Below, one piece after another: positions 1 through 8,599 of a DNA stretch of 64,000 nucleotides. The translations under genes and the position numbers were made by a program. Location: the NCBI GenBank assembly GCA_052034405.1, contig JBPOIO010000023.1:15340-79339 (forward strand), in the 5' to 3' direction. Under the pieces are notes generated by a model. It was not told where the DNA came from. It saw only the letters and a program-made list of their open reading frames with translations, and did no database searches. The DNA comes from Candidatus Magasanikiibacteriota bacterium. GTDB lineage: Bacteria; Patescibacteriota; Patescibacteriia; Magasanikbacterales; UBA922. The first letter of the stretch is position 1; the number at the start of each line of letters is the position of its first letter.

Positions 1-590
1 CAGAATTTATGGGTGTTGTGATTGAAAAAATGAGTAAACGCAAGGGAAACATGACCCACATGCAAGCAACAGGAAACATGACTCGTATTATTTTTGAAAT
101 TCCAACTCGTGGACTTCTTGGATACCGTGGTGAATTTATCATGGATACACGCGGCGAAGGAATCCTCGCATCTCGTGTAATTGGATTCAAGCCTCACGTA
201 GGAACAATTGAAAAACGCTCTGTTGGTTCAATGATTTCAAGTGTGACAGGAAAAGCACTTGGATATTCACTGTGGAACCTCCAAGAACGAGGATCCCTCT
301 ATATTGGTCCAAATACAGATGTATACGAAGGAATGGTTATTGGAAACGTTGCCAAGGGCAATGACATGGCTGTGAACCCTACAAAAGGAAAGCAGCTCAC
401 CAACATGCGTGCTAGTGGATCTGACGATGCAATTATCCTCACTCCATTTTTGCCAATTACATTGGAGCGTGGTATGGAAATTATGACTGAAGATGAATAT
501 CTTGAAATTACTCCAAACAATATCCGCCTTCGTAAACAGTTTTTGACAGAAAATGATCGTGTACGCGCAGCGCGAAGTGGAAATAAGTAA
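1..590 (+). CDS. typA: Translational GTPase TypA/BipA, C-terminal fragment (5' end lies outside window)
   Basis: ORF open from the window edge (first ATG at 9). Sequence ...AIILTPFLPITLERGMEIMTEDEYLEITPNNIRLRKQFLTENDR... matches the conserved BipA C-terminal domain. Confidence 0.7.
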   Translation, partial: EFMGVVIEKMSKRKGNMTHMQATGNMTRIIFEIPTRGLLGYRGEFIMDTRGEGILASRVIGFKPHVGTIEKRSVGSMISSVTGKALGYSLWNLQERGSLYIGPNTDVYEGMVIGNVAKGNDMAVNPTKGKQLTNMRASGSDDAIILTPFLPITLERGMEIMTEDEYLEITPNNIRLRKQFLTENDRVRAARSGNK

Positions 591-624
591 GATTGACAAA
601 AAGTCCTCAAATAGGTTAGAATCT

Positions 625-894
625 ATGCCTATGATAACGCTTTTTTTCGTAGGCATTGCTGAGATGATCATCATTGCTGCTTGGACCAAAATGGTCTCTG
701 ACAACAAGATTTTGGCGAGTGGTGTCATTACCCTCATCAATATTGTGACCTGGTACTATGTTCTCGAACGTATTTTGCAGGACCTCGGAAATTGGAAAGT
801 GGTTGCGTTTTATGCAATAGGATGCGCACTTGGCACTATGCTCACCACTTGGTATTTCCAAGTAAAAGAAAAAAAAGAATCGGCAAGTCAATAA
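625..894 (+). CDS. Small hydrophobic membrane protein (2-3 predicted TM helices), unknown function
   Basis: ORF 553..894. Internal Met at 625 begins a hydrophobic stretch (MPMITLFFVGIAEMIIIAAW...). Followed by a terminator. Confidence 0.45.
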   Translation: MPMITLFFVGIAEMIIIAAWTKMVSDNKILASGVITLINIVTWYYVLERILQDLGNWKVVAFYAIGCALGTMLTTWYFQVKEKKESASQ

Positions 895-904
895 CCGCAA
901 CAAA

Positions 905-973
905 AAACCACCCGTATCTCCTTGCTTTATTTCCAAATACTTAGAAATAAAGGAATGTGTGCGGGTGGTTTTT
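905..973. terminator. Bidirectional intrinsic terminator, nested hairpin
   Basis: Outer stem AACCACCCG (905-913) pairs with CGGGTGGTT (962-970). Inner hairpin CTTTATTTC (925-933) pairs with GAAATAAAG (944-952). T-run follows on plus strand (969-973) and A-run precedes (901-906), so a U-run is present on both strands. Sits between convergent genes. Confidence 0.5.
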
Positions 974-1017
974 GATGTGTCGTCGGGCGGGGTTAAGGCA
1001 GGCTAGTTTATGAAGGT

Positions 1018-1161
1018 TTATCGCAGGAGGAGGCCAGCCAGTTGGAGAAGACAGCCTCCAATGGTCATCCCACTGAACAGGGCACAGACGATGAAGACGT
1101 AGTCTTCGACCTCTCGCCCTTGGAATTTCGAGGGGCTGAACTTTCCTTCTTTAGCAGACAT
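1018..1161 (-). CDS. Small GC-rich ORF, 47 aa, hydrophobic C-terminus (MSAKEGKFSPSKFQGREVEDYVFIVCALFSGMTIGGCLLQLAGLLLR)
   Basis: Not in ORF track (under 60 aa). Read directly: ATG is complement of 1159-1161, TAA is complement of 1018-1020. Local GC and GC3 (~60%) far above the window background. Own promoter upstream and the shared terminator downstream. Confidence 0.35.
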   Translation of the reverse strand: MSAKEGKFSPSKFQGREVEDYVFIVCALFSGMTIGGCLLQLAGLLLR

Positions 1162-1190
1162 GTTTTGCCTTTCGGGTTGACGAACAATTT

Positions 1191-1219
1191 ATAATATCAT
1201 TTTTTCTTGCTTTTGTCAA
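1191..1219 (-). promoter_or_regulatory. Sigma70-like promoter on minus strand, TTGACA-17-TATTAT
   Basis: Reverse complement of 1214-1219 is TTGACA. Reverse complement of 1191-1196 is TATTAT. Spacer is 17 nt. About 25 nt upstream of the small GC-rich ORF start; AAAGG SD-like motif precedes the ATG. Confidence 0.4.
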
Positions 1220-1235
1220 TATATCTTGCTACACT
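1207..1235 (+). promoter_or_regulatory. Candidate promoter TTGCTT-17-TACACT upstream of helicase gene
   Basis: TTGCTT at 1207-1212, 17-nt spacer, TACACT at 1230-1235. Same architecture recurs at 4449-4477 and 11188-11216. A hairpin AAGTC/GACTT plus T-run (1240-1260) lies in the leader. Confidence 0.35.
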
Positions 1236-1261
1236 AAGAAAGTCCCAAAAAGACTTTTTTT

Positions 1262-4135
1262 ATGTCCGAAAAAAAGCTCAATAAAGCCCAAGAAGAGGCT
1301 GTCCGCTATACGGATGGGCCGCTTTTGATTGTGGCTGGAGCTGGGACTGGGAAAACCACCGTTATTACCGAAAAGATAGCCTATTTGATAGAAAAAGAAC
1401 TGGCACATCCTGGACAGATTGTAGCGCTTACCTTTACCGACAAGGCTGCTCTTGAAATGCAGGATCGTGTGGACGAACGCCTTGAGTTGCCCTATAGCGA
1501 TATCCATATTTCCACTTTTCATACTTTTTGTCAGCGTTTACTCGAGCAGTATGCCCTTGAAATTGGTATTCCAAATAAATTCAAACTGATTACTGAGACT
1601 GATGCATGGCTTCTTATACGGGAGCATATCTATGAATTTGATCTCAAATATTTTCGTCCTCTTGGAAATCCCACACGCCATATACATGAATTTTTGAAGC
1701 ATTTTTCAAAATGTAAAGATGAAATTATTTCTCCCGAAGAATATATTCAGTATGTAAAATCTACATCCTTTGAAGATAGCGAAGAACAAGAACGTCTTGG
1801 TGAACTTGCTCATGCTTACCAAAAATATAACCAGCTCCTTCTTGAAAAAGGCTATTTGGATTTTGGCGATCTTATTTATTACTGTGTCAAACTGTTTCGT
1901 GAACGTCCAAATATTTTGAAACGTATTCAAAATCACTACAAATATATTTTGGTCGATGAGTTTCAGGATGTGAATTATGCGCAGTATCTTTTAACACAAT
2001 TACTTTCACAAAGTGCACAGCTTACAGTCGTGGGAGATGATGATCAAAGTATATACGCCTTTCGCGGAGCCTCTGTTTCAAATATTTTGAAGTTTCAAGA
2101 AGATTTTGGCAATGCAAAAAATATTGTCCTCAACGAAAATTATCGTTCGGATCAAAAAATATTGGATGCTGCCTATACATCGATTCAAAACAACAATCCT
2201 GATCGACTGGAAGTAAAATTACATATTGATAAAAAACTCAAGGCCGGAGTAAATTATCCAAAAGCGGCGGTTGTCCATTTGCATTCTCCTACACTTGCTG
2301 CAGAAGTAAAAAGTGTTGTTGAAGAAATTATACGTCTCAAAAATGAAAGTCTCTCTACGAGTTGGGACGATTTTGCAATTCTTGCACGTGCCAATAGTCA
2401 TGTAGAACCATTTATCCAGGGCCTTGAAAAAGCGGGGATTCCCTACGAATTTCTTTCGTCGATTGGACTCTTTCACCAACCCCTTGTGATGGATGCTATC
2501 AACTATTTCAAAATTTTGGATAATTATTTTGATTCTTCGGCATTGTATCGATTGCTGCGTATTGCATGTCTTGCTCTCTCAGAAGAGGATATGCAAAAAA
2601 TTACTTTCAATGCCCAAAAAAAATCTCTTTCTTATTATGAAGTCCTTTTGATCGCAGAAGAGCTCGAGCTTTCTGTAGAGGGTATTGAAAAATCAAAAAA
2701 GATTATTGAACTCATTCAAGAAGGTCTCATTGAATCTCGAAAAGAAAAACCTTCAATACTTTTGTATCACTTTCTTGAACGAAGTGGAGTACTCAAATAT
2801 TTGACAGACGAAGAGAGAAACGATAATCAATATATCATTCACCAGATTTATCAGCTTAATCAATTTTTTGAATTGCTCAAACAGTATGAAGAGAGCAATT
2901 CAGATGCGCATATACAAGGATTTTTGACGCAGTATAACTATACGATTGAATCGGGTGACGAAGGAAAAATGTACCAACCTGTTGACACTCCAGACTCGGT
3001 GAATATTTTGACTGTGCATGGATCTAAGGGGCTTGAGTTCAAGTATGTGTTTATTATCAACATGGTCGAAGAGCGTTTTCCTTCGCGTCGTCGAGGAGAA
3101 TCTCTTGAAGTTCCTGCCGCCCTCATCAAAGAAGGCCTTTCAGAAGGGGATTATCACTACCAAGAAGAACGTCGGCTTTTTTATGTTGCCATGACGCGTG
3201 CCAAAGAACGCTTGTATTTTACGAGCGCGAGTAGTTATGGTGGTGTACGAGAAAAAAAACTCAGTCGATTTTTGGATGAGCTCGGATATACAGCAATAAA
3301 AGGAGAAAAAATTCAGGCTTCAACAGAAATTATTGCCAGTCAAACGACTCCTCGACAGAGTATGAGCTATCAAATACCAGCATCATTTTCTTTTTCGCAG
3401 ATAAAATCCTATCAAACTTGTCCCTATCAATACAAACTCGCGCATATCATAAAAATTCCTACAAAAAGTAATGCCCATTTTAGTTTTGGAACCAGTATTC
3501 ACAGCACTTTCCAAAAATTTTATGAACAGGTGCAAGCGCTCAATACGCCAGCAACAAACTCAGTGATTGTTCCAAGTCTGGAGGAGCTTCTCGAAATCTA
3601 CAAAGCAAGTTTTATTTCCGATTGGTATAAAGATGCTGTGCAAAAAGAAAGTTACTTCAAAAAAGGACAGGAAATTTTGAAACTGTTTTATACTTCACAG
3701 GAAAATAATTGGCGCGTACCAGTAGCCCTTGAAAGTGCTTTCAAAATAAAAGTGGGGGACTATACACTGCGTGGACGCATTGATCGTATTGATCAGCTCC
3801 CAGATGGTACACTTGAAATTATTGATTACAAGACAGGAGAGAGTAAAGACAAGCTCACTGCCGAAGACAAAGAACAGCTTTTGATTTACCAAATAGCAGC
3901 CGAGACCAATCCGCAGTATCGTCATTTGGGTCGTGTTGAAAAGCTGACATTTTTTTATGTAAATGATACTATACAGATGTCTTTTGTGGGTAAAGAAAAA
4001 GAATTGGAAAAATTGAGTGAAAAACTCCACGAAACGATCAGGGCAATTCACTCAGGGGATTTTACTGCAAGTCCCTCTCCATTTATTTGCGCACATTGTG
4101 ATTTCAAAGATATTTGTGAATTTCGAAGCCTTTAG
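1262..4135 (+). CDS. UvrD/PcrA-family superfamily 1 helicase fused to C-terminal PD-(D/E)xK (RecB/AddB-like) nuclease domain with Cys cluster
   Basis: Walker A AGAGTGKTTV. UvrD motifs (VDEFQD, TVHGSKGLEF, YVAMTRAKERLY). C-terminal RIDRIDQLPDGTLEIIDYKTGE nuclease core. Terminal FICAHCDFKDICEF cysteines. Confidence 0.8.
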   Translation: MSEKKLNKAQEEAVRYTDGPLLIVAGAGTGKTTVITEKIAYLIEKELAHPGQIVALTFTDKAALEMQDRVDERLELPYSDIHISTFHTFCQRLLEQYALEIGIPNKFKLITETDAWLLIREHIYEFDLKYFRPLGNPTRHIHEFLKHFSKCKDEIISPEEYIQYVKSTSFEDSEEQERLGELAHAYQKYNQLLLEKGYLDFGDLIYYCVKLFRERPNILKRIQNHYKYILVDEFQDVNYAQYLLTQLLSQSAQLTVVGDDDQSIYAFRGASVSNILKFQEDFGNAKNIVLNENYRSDQKILDAAYTSIQNNNPDRLEVKLHIDKKLKAGVNYPKAAVVHLHSPTLAAEVKSVVEEIIRLKNESLSTSWDDFAILARANSHVEPFIQGLEKAGIPYEFLSSIGLFHQPLVMDAINYFKILDNYFDSSALYRLLRIACLALSEEDMQKITFNAQKKSLSYYEVLLIAEELELSVEGIEKSKKIIELIQEGLIESRKEKPSILLYHFLERSGVLKYLTDEERNDNQYIIHQIYQLNQFFELLKQYEESNSDAHIQGFLTQYNYTIESGDEGKMYQPVDTPDSVNILTVHGSKGLEFKYVFIINMVEERFPSRRRGESLEVPAALIKEGLSEGDYHYQEERRLFYVAMTRAKERLYFTSASSYGGVREKKLSRFLDELGYTAIKGEKIQASTEIIASQTTPRQSMSYQIPASFSFSQIKSYQTCPYQYKLAHIIKIPTKSNAHFSFGTSIHSTFQKFYEQVQALNTPATNSVIVPSLEELLEIYKASFISDWYKDAVQKESYFKKGQEILKLFYTSQENNWRVPVALESAFKIKVGDYTLRGRIDRIDQLPDGTLEIIDYKTGESKDKLTAEDKEQLLIYQIAAETNPQYRHLGRVEKLTFFYVNDTIQMSFVGKEKELEKLSEKLHETIRAIHSGDFTASPSPFICAHCDFKDICEFRSL

Positions 4136-4137
4136 CT

Positions 4138-4437
4138 ATGTCAATGACCCTTCTCGGTGACGCTCTCAAAAAACGAATGGGTATGGATAGACCTTTGCAA
4201 GCGCAGGCCGAGGCTGGTCTTTTGATTTCCCTTGCAGGAAGCATTCTCAATGATTTTGTGGGACCAGATAATAGCAAATATATAAAACCACTTTTTATCA
4301 AAAACCGTACGCTTACGATTACCTGTGCTTCTTCGGCACTTTCCCAAGAAATTCACCTCAATCAAGCAAAAATAATCAATCAAATCAATGAAAAGTTTGG
4401 TCAAAATGCCCTCGACCGTATTCGCTATTTGCTCTAG
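4138..4437 (+). CDS. DUF721-like (DciA-like) small protein
   Basis: 99 aa. Pattern LLGDALKKR...SILNDFVGPDNSKYIKPLFIKNRTLTITCASSALSQEIHLNQAKIINQINEKFG resembles the DUF721 family. Confidence 0.45.
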   Translation: MSMTLLGDALKKRMGMDRPLQAQAEAGLLISLAGSILNDFVGPDNSKYIKPLFIKNRTLTITCASSALSQEIHLNQAKIINQINEKFGQNALDRIRYLL

Positions 4438-4448
4438 GCCCTACTCGC

Positions 4449-4477
4449 TTGCCAAAAAGTCTAAAAAAGGCTACACT
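4449..4477 (+). promoter_or_regulatory. Candidate promoter TTGCCA-17-TACACT
   Basis: TTGCCA 4449-4454, 17-nt spacer, TACACT 4472-4477. Upstream of membrane protein gene at 4513. Confidence 0.35.
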
Positions 4478-4512
4478 AGAAGAGATGAAACAGTCTTTTT
4501 TTTGTAAACTCT

Positions 4513-4917
4513 ATGAATTTACGACAATACCTCTCTATCATGGCCTGTGCCACAGTTCTTGGCTGGGTTGCGTGGCTTTTTGTAATAATAAATGTAGACC
4601 CTTTTCAGGAAAACACTTTGGGCTTCTTTTTCTTTTATGTGAGTCTCTTTTTTTCTCTTATTGGGACAATTTCTCTGTTTTCATTTCTTATCACTCAAAT
4701 TTTTCCAAAACCCATGGTCCCGATGTACCGTTTGGTTCAAAAAAGTTTTCGTATTGGGCTTTTACTCTCTGGAATTCTCATTGTACTGCTTTTTCTCCAA
4801 GGAAAAGAAATTTTGACCAAATGGAATAGTATTTTACTCTTGTTTATTGGCGTTACCACAACTTGTTTTTTTCTTTCAACCAAATATTTCGTCAGTAAAG
4901 ATAACATGATTCAATAA
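4513..4917 (+). CDS. Polytopic membrane protein, unknown function
   Basis: 134 aa, several hydrophobic helices. Overlapping frame 4449..4829 is Cys-rich and judged spurious. Confidence 0.5.
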   Translation: MNLRQYLSIMACATVLGWVAWLFVIINVDPFQENTLGFFFFYVSLFFSLIGTISLFSFLITQIFPKPMVPMYRLVQKSFRIGLLLSGILIVLLFLQGKEILTKWNSILLLFIGVTTTCFFLSTKYFVSKDNMIQ

Positions 4918-4919
4918 GT

Positions 4920-6170
4920 ATGAAACAATCAAAATTATTTACCAAAACTCAAAAAGATATTAGTAAAGATGAAACAAGTGTCAATGCTCAATTTTTGCTT
5001 CGTGGTGGATTTGTGGATCGTCTGACTGCAGGTGTGTATAGTTATTTGCCTCTGGGACTTCGAGTTCTTCAAAAAATTGAAAACATTATTCGAGAAGAAA
5101 TGAATGCTGTTGGTGGACAAGAAATTTTGATGCCAGCACTTCATCCTCGTGAAAATTGGGATACTACTGGACGTTGGGATGTGGTAGATGTTTTGTTTAA
5201 ACTTATTGGTGCTGGTGAAAAAGAATATGCACTTGGAGCAACACATGAAGAAGTGGTGACACCTCTTTTGCAAAAAAGTATAACTTCCTATAAAGATTTG
5301 CCAACTTCCGTGTATCAAATTCAAACAAAATTTCGCAATGAAGCTCGTGCAAAATCTGGAATTCTTCGTGGACGAGAATTTCGTATGAAAGATTTGTATT
5401 CTTTTCATACAAACCAAGCAGATCTCGATCGATATTACGAAGAAGTTCATGCTGCGTACAATAAAATTTACGAACGTTGTGGACTTGGGGATACAACATA
5501 CTATACCTATGCATCTGGTGGAGCATTCTCAAAATTTTCTCATGAATTTCAAACTATTACTTCTGCAGGAGAAGATATTATTTATGTCTGTGATGCTTGT
5601 AGAGTTGCCTTGAATAAAGAAATTATTGAAGAAATTGGACTTCAATGTCCTGAATGTAAAAATACAGAGCTAAGAGAAGAAAAAGCAATTGAAGTTGGAA
5701 ATATTTTCAAACTTGGTACAAAATTTAGTGATGCCTTTCAATTTTCTTTTCAAGATGAACAAAATAACTTGTCTCCAGTGATTATGGGCTGCTACGGTAT
5801 TGGACCATCTCGTGTGATGGGAACTATTGTTGAGGTACATCATGACGACAATGGTATTATTTGGCCAAAGGCGATTGCGCCATACCAAGTACATTTGATA
5901 TCACTCTGTCGTGATGAAGCGGATATGCAAAAAGCAGAAGCATTATACCAAAGACTTTTGGAACAAAATATTGAAGTACTTTACGATGACCGTGACGGAG
6001 TTCGCGCTGGAGAAAAATTTGCAGATTCAGATTTGCTTGGAATCCCAGTGCGTCTTGTTATAAGTCCAAAAACAATTGAAAAAAATTCAGTCGAAGTAAA
6101 AATGCGAGCTGGTGCAGAGGCAAGTCTCGTTTCTCTTGATGAACTCGAAACATTTATACAATCAATCTAA
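4920..6170 (+). CDS. proS: Prolyl-tRNA synthetase, short form lacking INS editing domain, with zinc-ribbon insert
   Basis: Class II aaRS motifs (FRNEARAKSGILRGREFRMKDLYSFH). C-terminal anticodon-binding domain. CxxC...CxxC insert (YVCDACRVALNKEIIEEIGLQCPECK). Confidence 0.85.
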   Translation: MKQSKLFTKTQKDISKDETSVNAQFLLRGGFVDRLTAGVYSYLPLGLRVLQKIENIIREEMNAVGGQEILMPALHPRENWDTTGRWDVVDVLFKLIGAGEKEYALGATHEEVVTPLLQKSITSYKDLPTSVYQIQTKFRNEARAKSGILRGREFRMKDLYSFHTNQADLDRYYEEVHAAYNKIYERCGLGDTTYYTYASGGAFSKFSHEFQTITSAGEDIIYVCDACRVALNKEIIEEIGLQCPECKNTELREEKAIEVGNIFKLGTKFSDAFQFSFQDEQNNLSPVIMGCYGIGPSRVMGTIVEVHHDDNGIIWPKAIAPYQVHLISLCRDEADMQKAEALYQRLLEQNIEVLYDDRDGVRAGEKFADSDLLGIPVRLVISPKTIEKNSVEVKMRAGAEASLVSLDELETFIQSI

Positions 6171-6176
6171 TATCCT

Positions 6177-7223
6177 ATGTGGTTTTTAAAAAAAATGGGC
6201 AAAGATATTGGGGTTGATCTTGGTACTGCTTCAACTCGTGTGTATGTTGGGGAACGTGGTATTGTTATTCACGAACCAACGGTTGTTGCGGTGAACAATA
6301 AAACAAACCAAATTCTTTCTGTTGGTGCCGAAGCCAAACAAATGCTTGGGAAAATTCCACCGCATATTACAGTGACACGACCACTCAGTCACGGTATTAT
6401 TTCCGATTATGAAGCAGCAGAAAAACTCCTGAAATTTTTTCTTGATAAAATGCAAGAAGAAGGTGGGGCACTGCTCAATCGTCCACGAATTATTATCGGA
6501 GTACCGCTTGCGGTAACAGAGGTTGAAATCAAGGCCGTAGAAGATGCTGCTATTGCGGCAGGTGCACGGGATGTGTTTATTGTCCAAGAACCAATGGCAG
6601 CAGCTATTGGTGCTCGTATGCCTATTCAAGATGCCCTTGGAAACATGATTGTCGATATTGGTGCTGGAAAAACAGAAGTAGCTGTCATATCACTCCAGGG
6701 TGTGGTAGCATGGAAATCTACAAAAATTGCAGGAGATGAAATTAATAGAAATATTATCCAATACGCCCGAGATGTATTCAATCTTTTTGTCGGAGAAAGT
6801 CACGCAGAACAAATTAAAATAAAAATTGGATCAGCTGTAGAACTGCCAGAAACTTTGCAATTTGCAATGCGTGGACGAGATGTAATGTCAGGACTTCCAA
6901 AAGAATTGATGATTAGTGATGCACATATTCGTGAAGCCATCGAACGATCTTTGCGTGTTATTGTAGACACGATCAAAATGACACTTGAAATGACCCCGCC
7001 AGAGCTTACGGCAGATATTCACGAACGTGGAATTTTGCTTACTGGTGGAGGATCTCTCTTGCATGGAATTGACAAGCTTATTGCAGAAGCCACAGGTATT
7101 CCTGTACGTATTGCTGATGATCCAATTACTTCTGTAGTTCGTGGTACTGGAATTTTGCTTGATGATGCAGTACTTCTCAAAGAAATTGCATTACCATCGG
7201 CACGAGACATCCGTAAGTTATAG
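6177..7223 (+). CDS. mreB: Rod shape-determining protein MreB (actin homolog)
   Basis: DIGVDLGTASTRVYV phosphate-1 motif. MIVDIGAGKTEVAVISL. LTGGGSLLHGIDKLIAEATG. Confidence 0.9.
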   Translation: MWFLKKMGKDIGVDLGTASTRVYVGERGIVIHEPTVVAVNNKTNQILSVGAEAKQMLGKIPPHITVTRPLSHGIISDYEAAEKLLKFFLDKMQEEGGALLNRPRIIIGVPLAVTEVEIKAVEDAAIAAGARDVFIVQEPMAAAIGARMPIQDALGNMIVDIGAGKTEVAVISLQGVVAWKSTKIAGDEINRNIIQYARDVFNLFVGESHAEQIKIKIGSAVELPETLQFAMRGRDVMSGLPKELMISDAHIREAIERSLRVIVDTIKMTLEMTPPELTADIHERGILLTGGGSLLHGIDKLIAEATGIPVRIADDPITSVVRGTGILLDDAVLLKEIALPSARDIRKL

Positions 7224-7227
7224 ACGT

Positions 7228-8022
7228 ATGCATAAATCTCGTCTTCGGACATTTTTATCAATATTTTTTCTTATTGTTTTTTTTATTATTCTTCATTATA
7301 TTGGAGCTTTGAAAAAAACAGAATATTTTATACGTCAGGTATTATCTCCGCTTTCTTCTCGTATGTATCAAGGAAGTATAGCTCTCAAAGATGCTGAAAA
7401 TAACTTCCAAAGTGATCCAAAAATTGAGTTACAAAAAGCAGAAGAAAAACTTCTTTCTTGTCAGATTGATACAGCAAATATCAAAATTTTACAAGATGAA
7501 AATATAGAGTTGCGCAATCAGTTGAATTTTTTTACAACACAAAAATTTGTTCATGTAGGAGCCGAAGTTATTGGACGAAACATTGAACCACTTGGCAGTA
7601 CACTGATTATCAATCGTGGAGCAAAAGATGGTCTCAAAGATGGAAATGCCGTGGTTATTTCAAATGGAATACTTATTGGGAAAGTAGCCAAAGTAGAAGA
7701 AGAATCATCGCTTGTGCGTCTTCTCAATGACAATCAGAGTAAGGTTGCGGCGACTATTTTGAATCACGAAAAAAGTTTGGGGGTTATTGAAGGGGGATTT
7801 GGTATTAGTGTTCGTATGAATTTTATTCCACAGCAAGAAGATGTGCGGGTAGGGGATATGATTATTACTTCGGGTCTTGAACAGGGTATGCCTCGTGGTC
7901 TTCTTATTGGAAATGTAGCTGCGATTGAAAAAGAAGCCTACGAGCCTTTTCAAACAGCAACACTTTCTCCTGCCGCATCACTTTCTTCGGTTGCATTTGT
8001 CTCGGTTATTACGGGTAAATAA
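7228..8022 (+). CDS. mreC: Rod shape-determining protein MreC
   Basis: Internal ATG at 7228 just after mreB stop. N-terminal TM, coiled-coil, beta domain (VITSGLEQGMPRGLLIGNVAAIE). Confidence 0.8.
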   Translation: MHKSRLRTFLSIFFLIVFFIILHYIGALKKTEYFIRQVLSPLSSRMYQGSIALKDAENNFQSDPKIELQKAEEKLLSCQIDTANIKILQDENIELRNQLNFFTTQKFVHVGAEVIGRNIEPLGSTLIINRGAKDGLKDGNAVVISNGILIGKVAKVEEESSLVRLLNDNQSKVAATILNHEKSLGVIEGGFGISVRMNFIPQQEDVRVGDMIITSGLEQGMPRGLLIGNVAAIEKEAYEPFQTATLSPAASLSSVAFVSVITGK

Positions 8023-8066
8023 TGGACTCTTCGCACTATACTGTGCGAAGTAAGTGTACCCTTACT

Positions 8067-8597
8067 ATGAAAAATTTTCTTCGTTTTCTCTTTCTTTTTT
8101 TTATTACTCTTTTTGTTGTTGTTATACACTTTTTTATTGTGTATACCTTTTCATTTCCTTTTGACAAAGTGAATATACTTTTTATATATCTTATTTTTTA
8201 TTTACTGCTTACAGAACGTGGGAATGTGGTGTGGTTGGCATTTTTGACGCATATTTTTATCGAAGTATTTCCATCCAATATTTTTGGAGTAACACTTCTT
8301 TCAAGTTCATTGGCTTTTATATTTTCCTATTGGTTCCATATGTATTATATTACTAATAGAAAATGGTATGGAGCTACGACGCTTATTATTTCAACCTTGC
8401 TCTGTTATCGTATTTTGTATTCTGTATTTTTGTTTGTGTTTCATCGTATAGCACCAAGTAGTAGTCGGAGTATTCAATGGGCTGAACTGTGGCAATTGAG
8501 TGTGTATGAAATTGCTTTAACATCACTACTCTTTACATTTTTGTATCTTTTACTTTCAAAATTTTCAAAAACTTTTTCACGAGCACTGAGTAAATAA
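8067..8597 (+). CDS. mreD: Probable MreD-like polytopic membrane protein
   Basis: Position after mreC. Very hydrophobic 5-6 TM protein. Alternative start 8022. Confidence 0.5.
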   Translation: MKNFLRFLFLFFITLFVVVIHFFIVYTFSFPFDKVNILFIYLIFYLLLTERGNVVWLAFLTHIFIEVFPSNIFGVTLLSSSLAFIFSYWFHMYYITNRKWYGATTLIISTLLCYRILYSVFLFVFHRIAPSSSRSIQWAELWQLSVYEIALTSLLFTFLYLLLSKFSKTFSRALSK

Positions 8598-8599
8598 TT

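Noticed and set aside
267-936. Minus-strand ORFs antisense to typA and the small membrane protein
   Set aside because: They lie entirely antisense to well-supported genes with no independent signals. Likewise for the many 60-170-aa antisense ORFs across secA, secD, helicase, lysS, serS and glyA in the ORF track.
4449-4829. 126-aa ORF overlapping the membrane protein gene
   Set aside because: Alternative frame of 4513..4917. Cys/His-rich non-protein-like composition.
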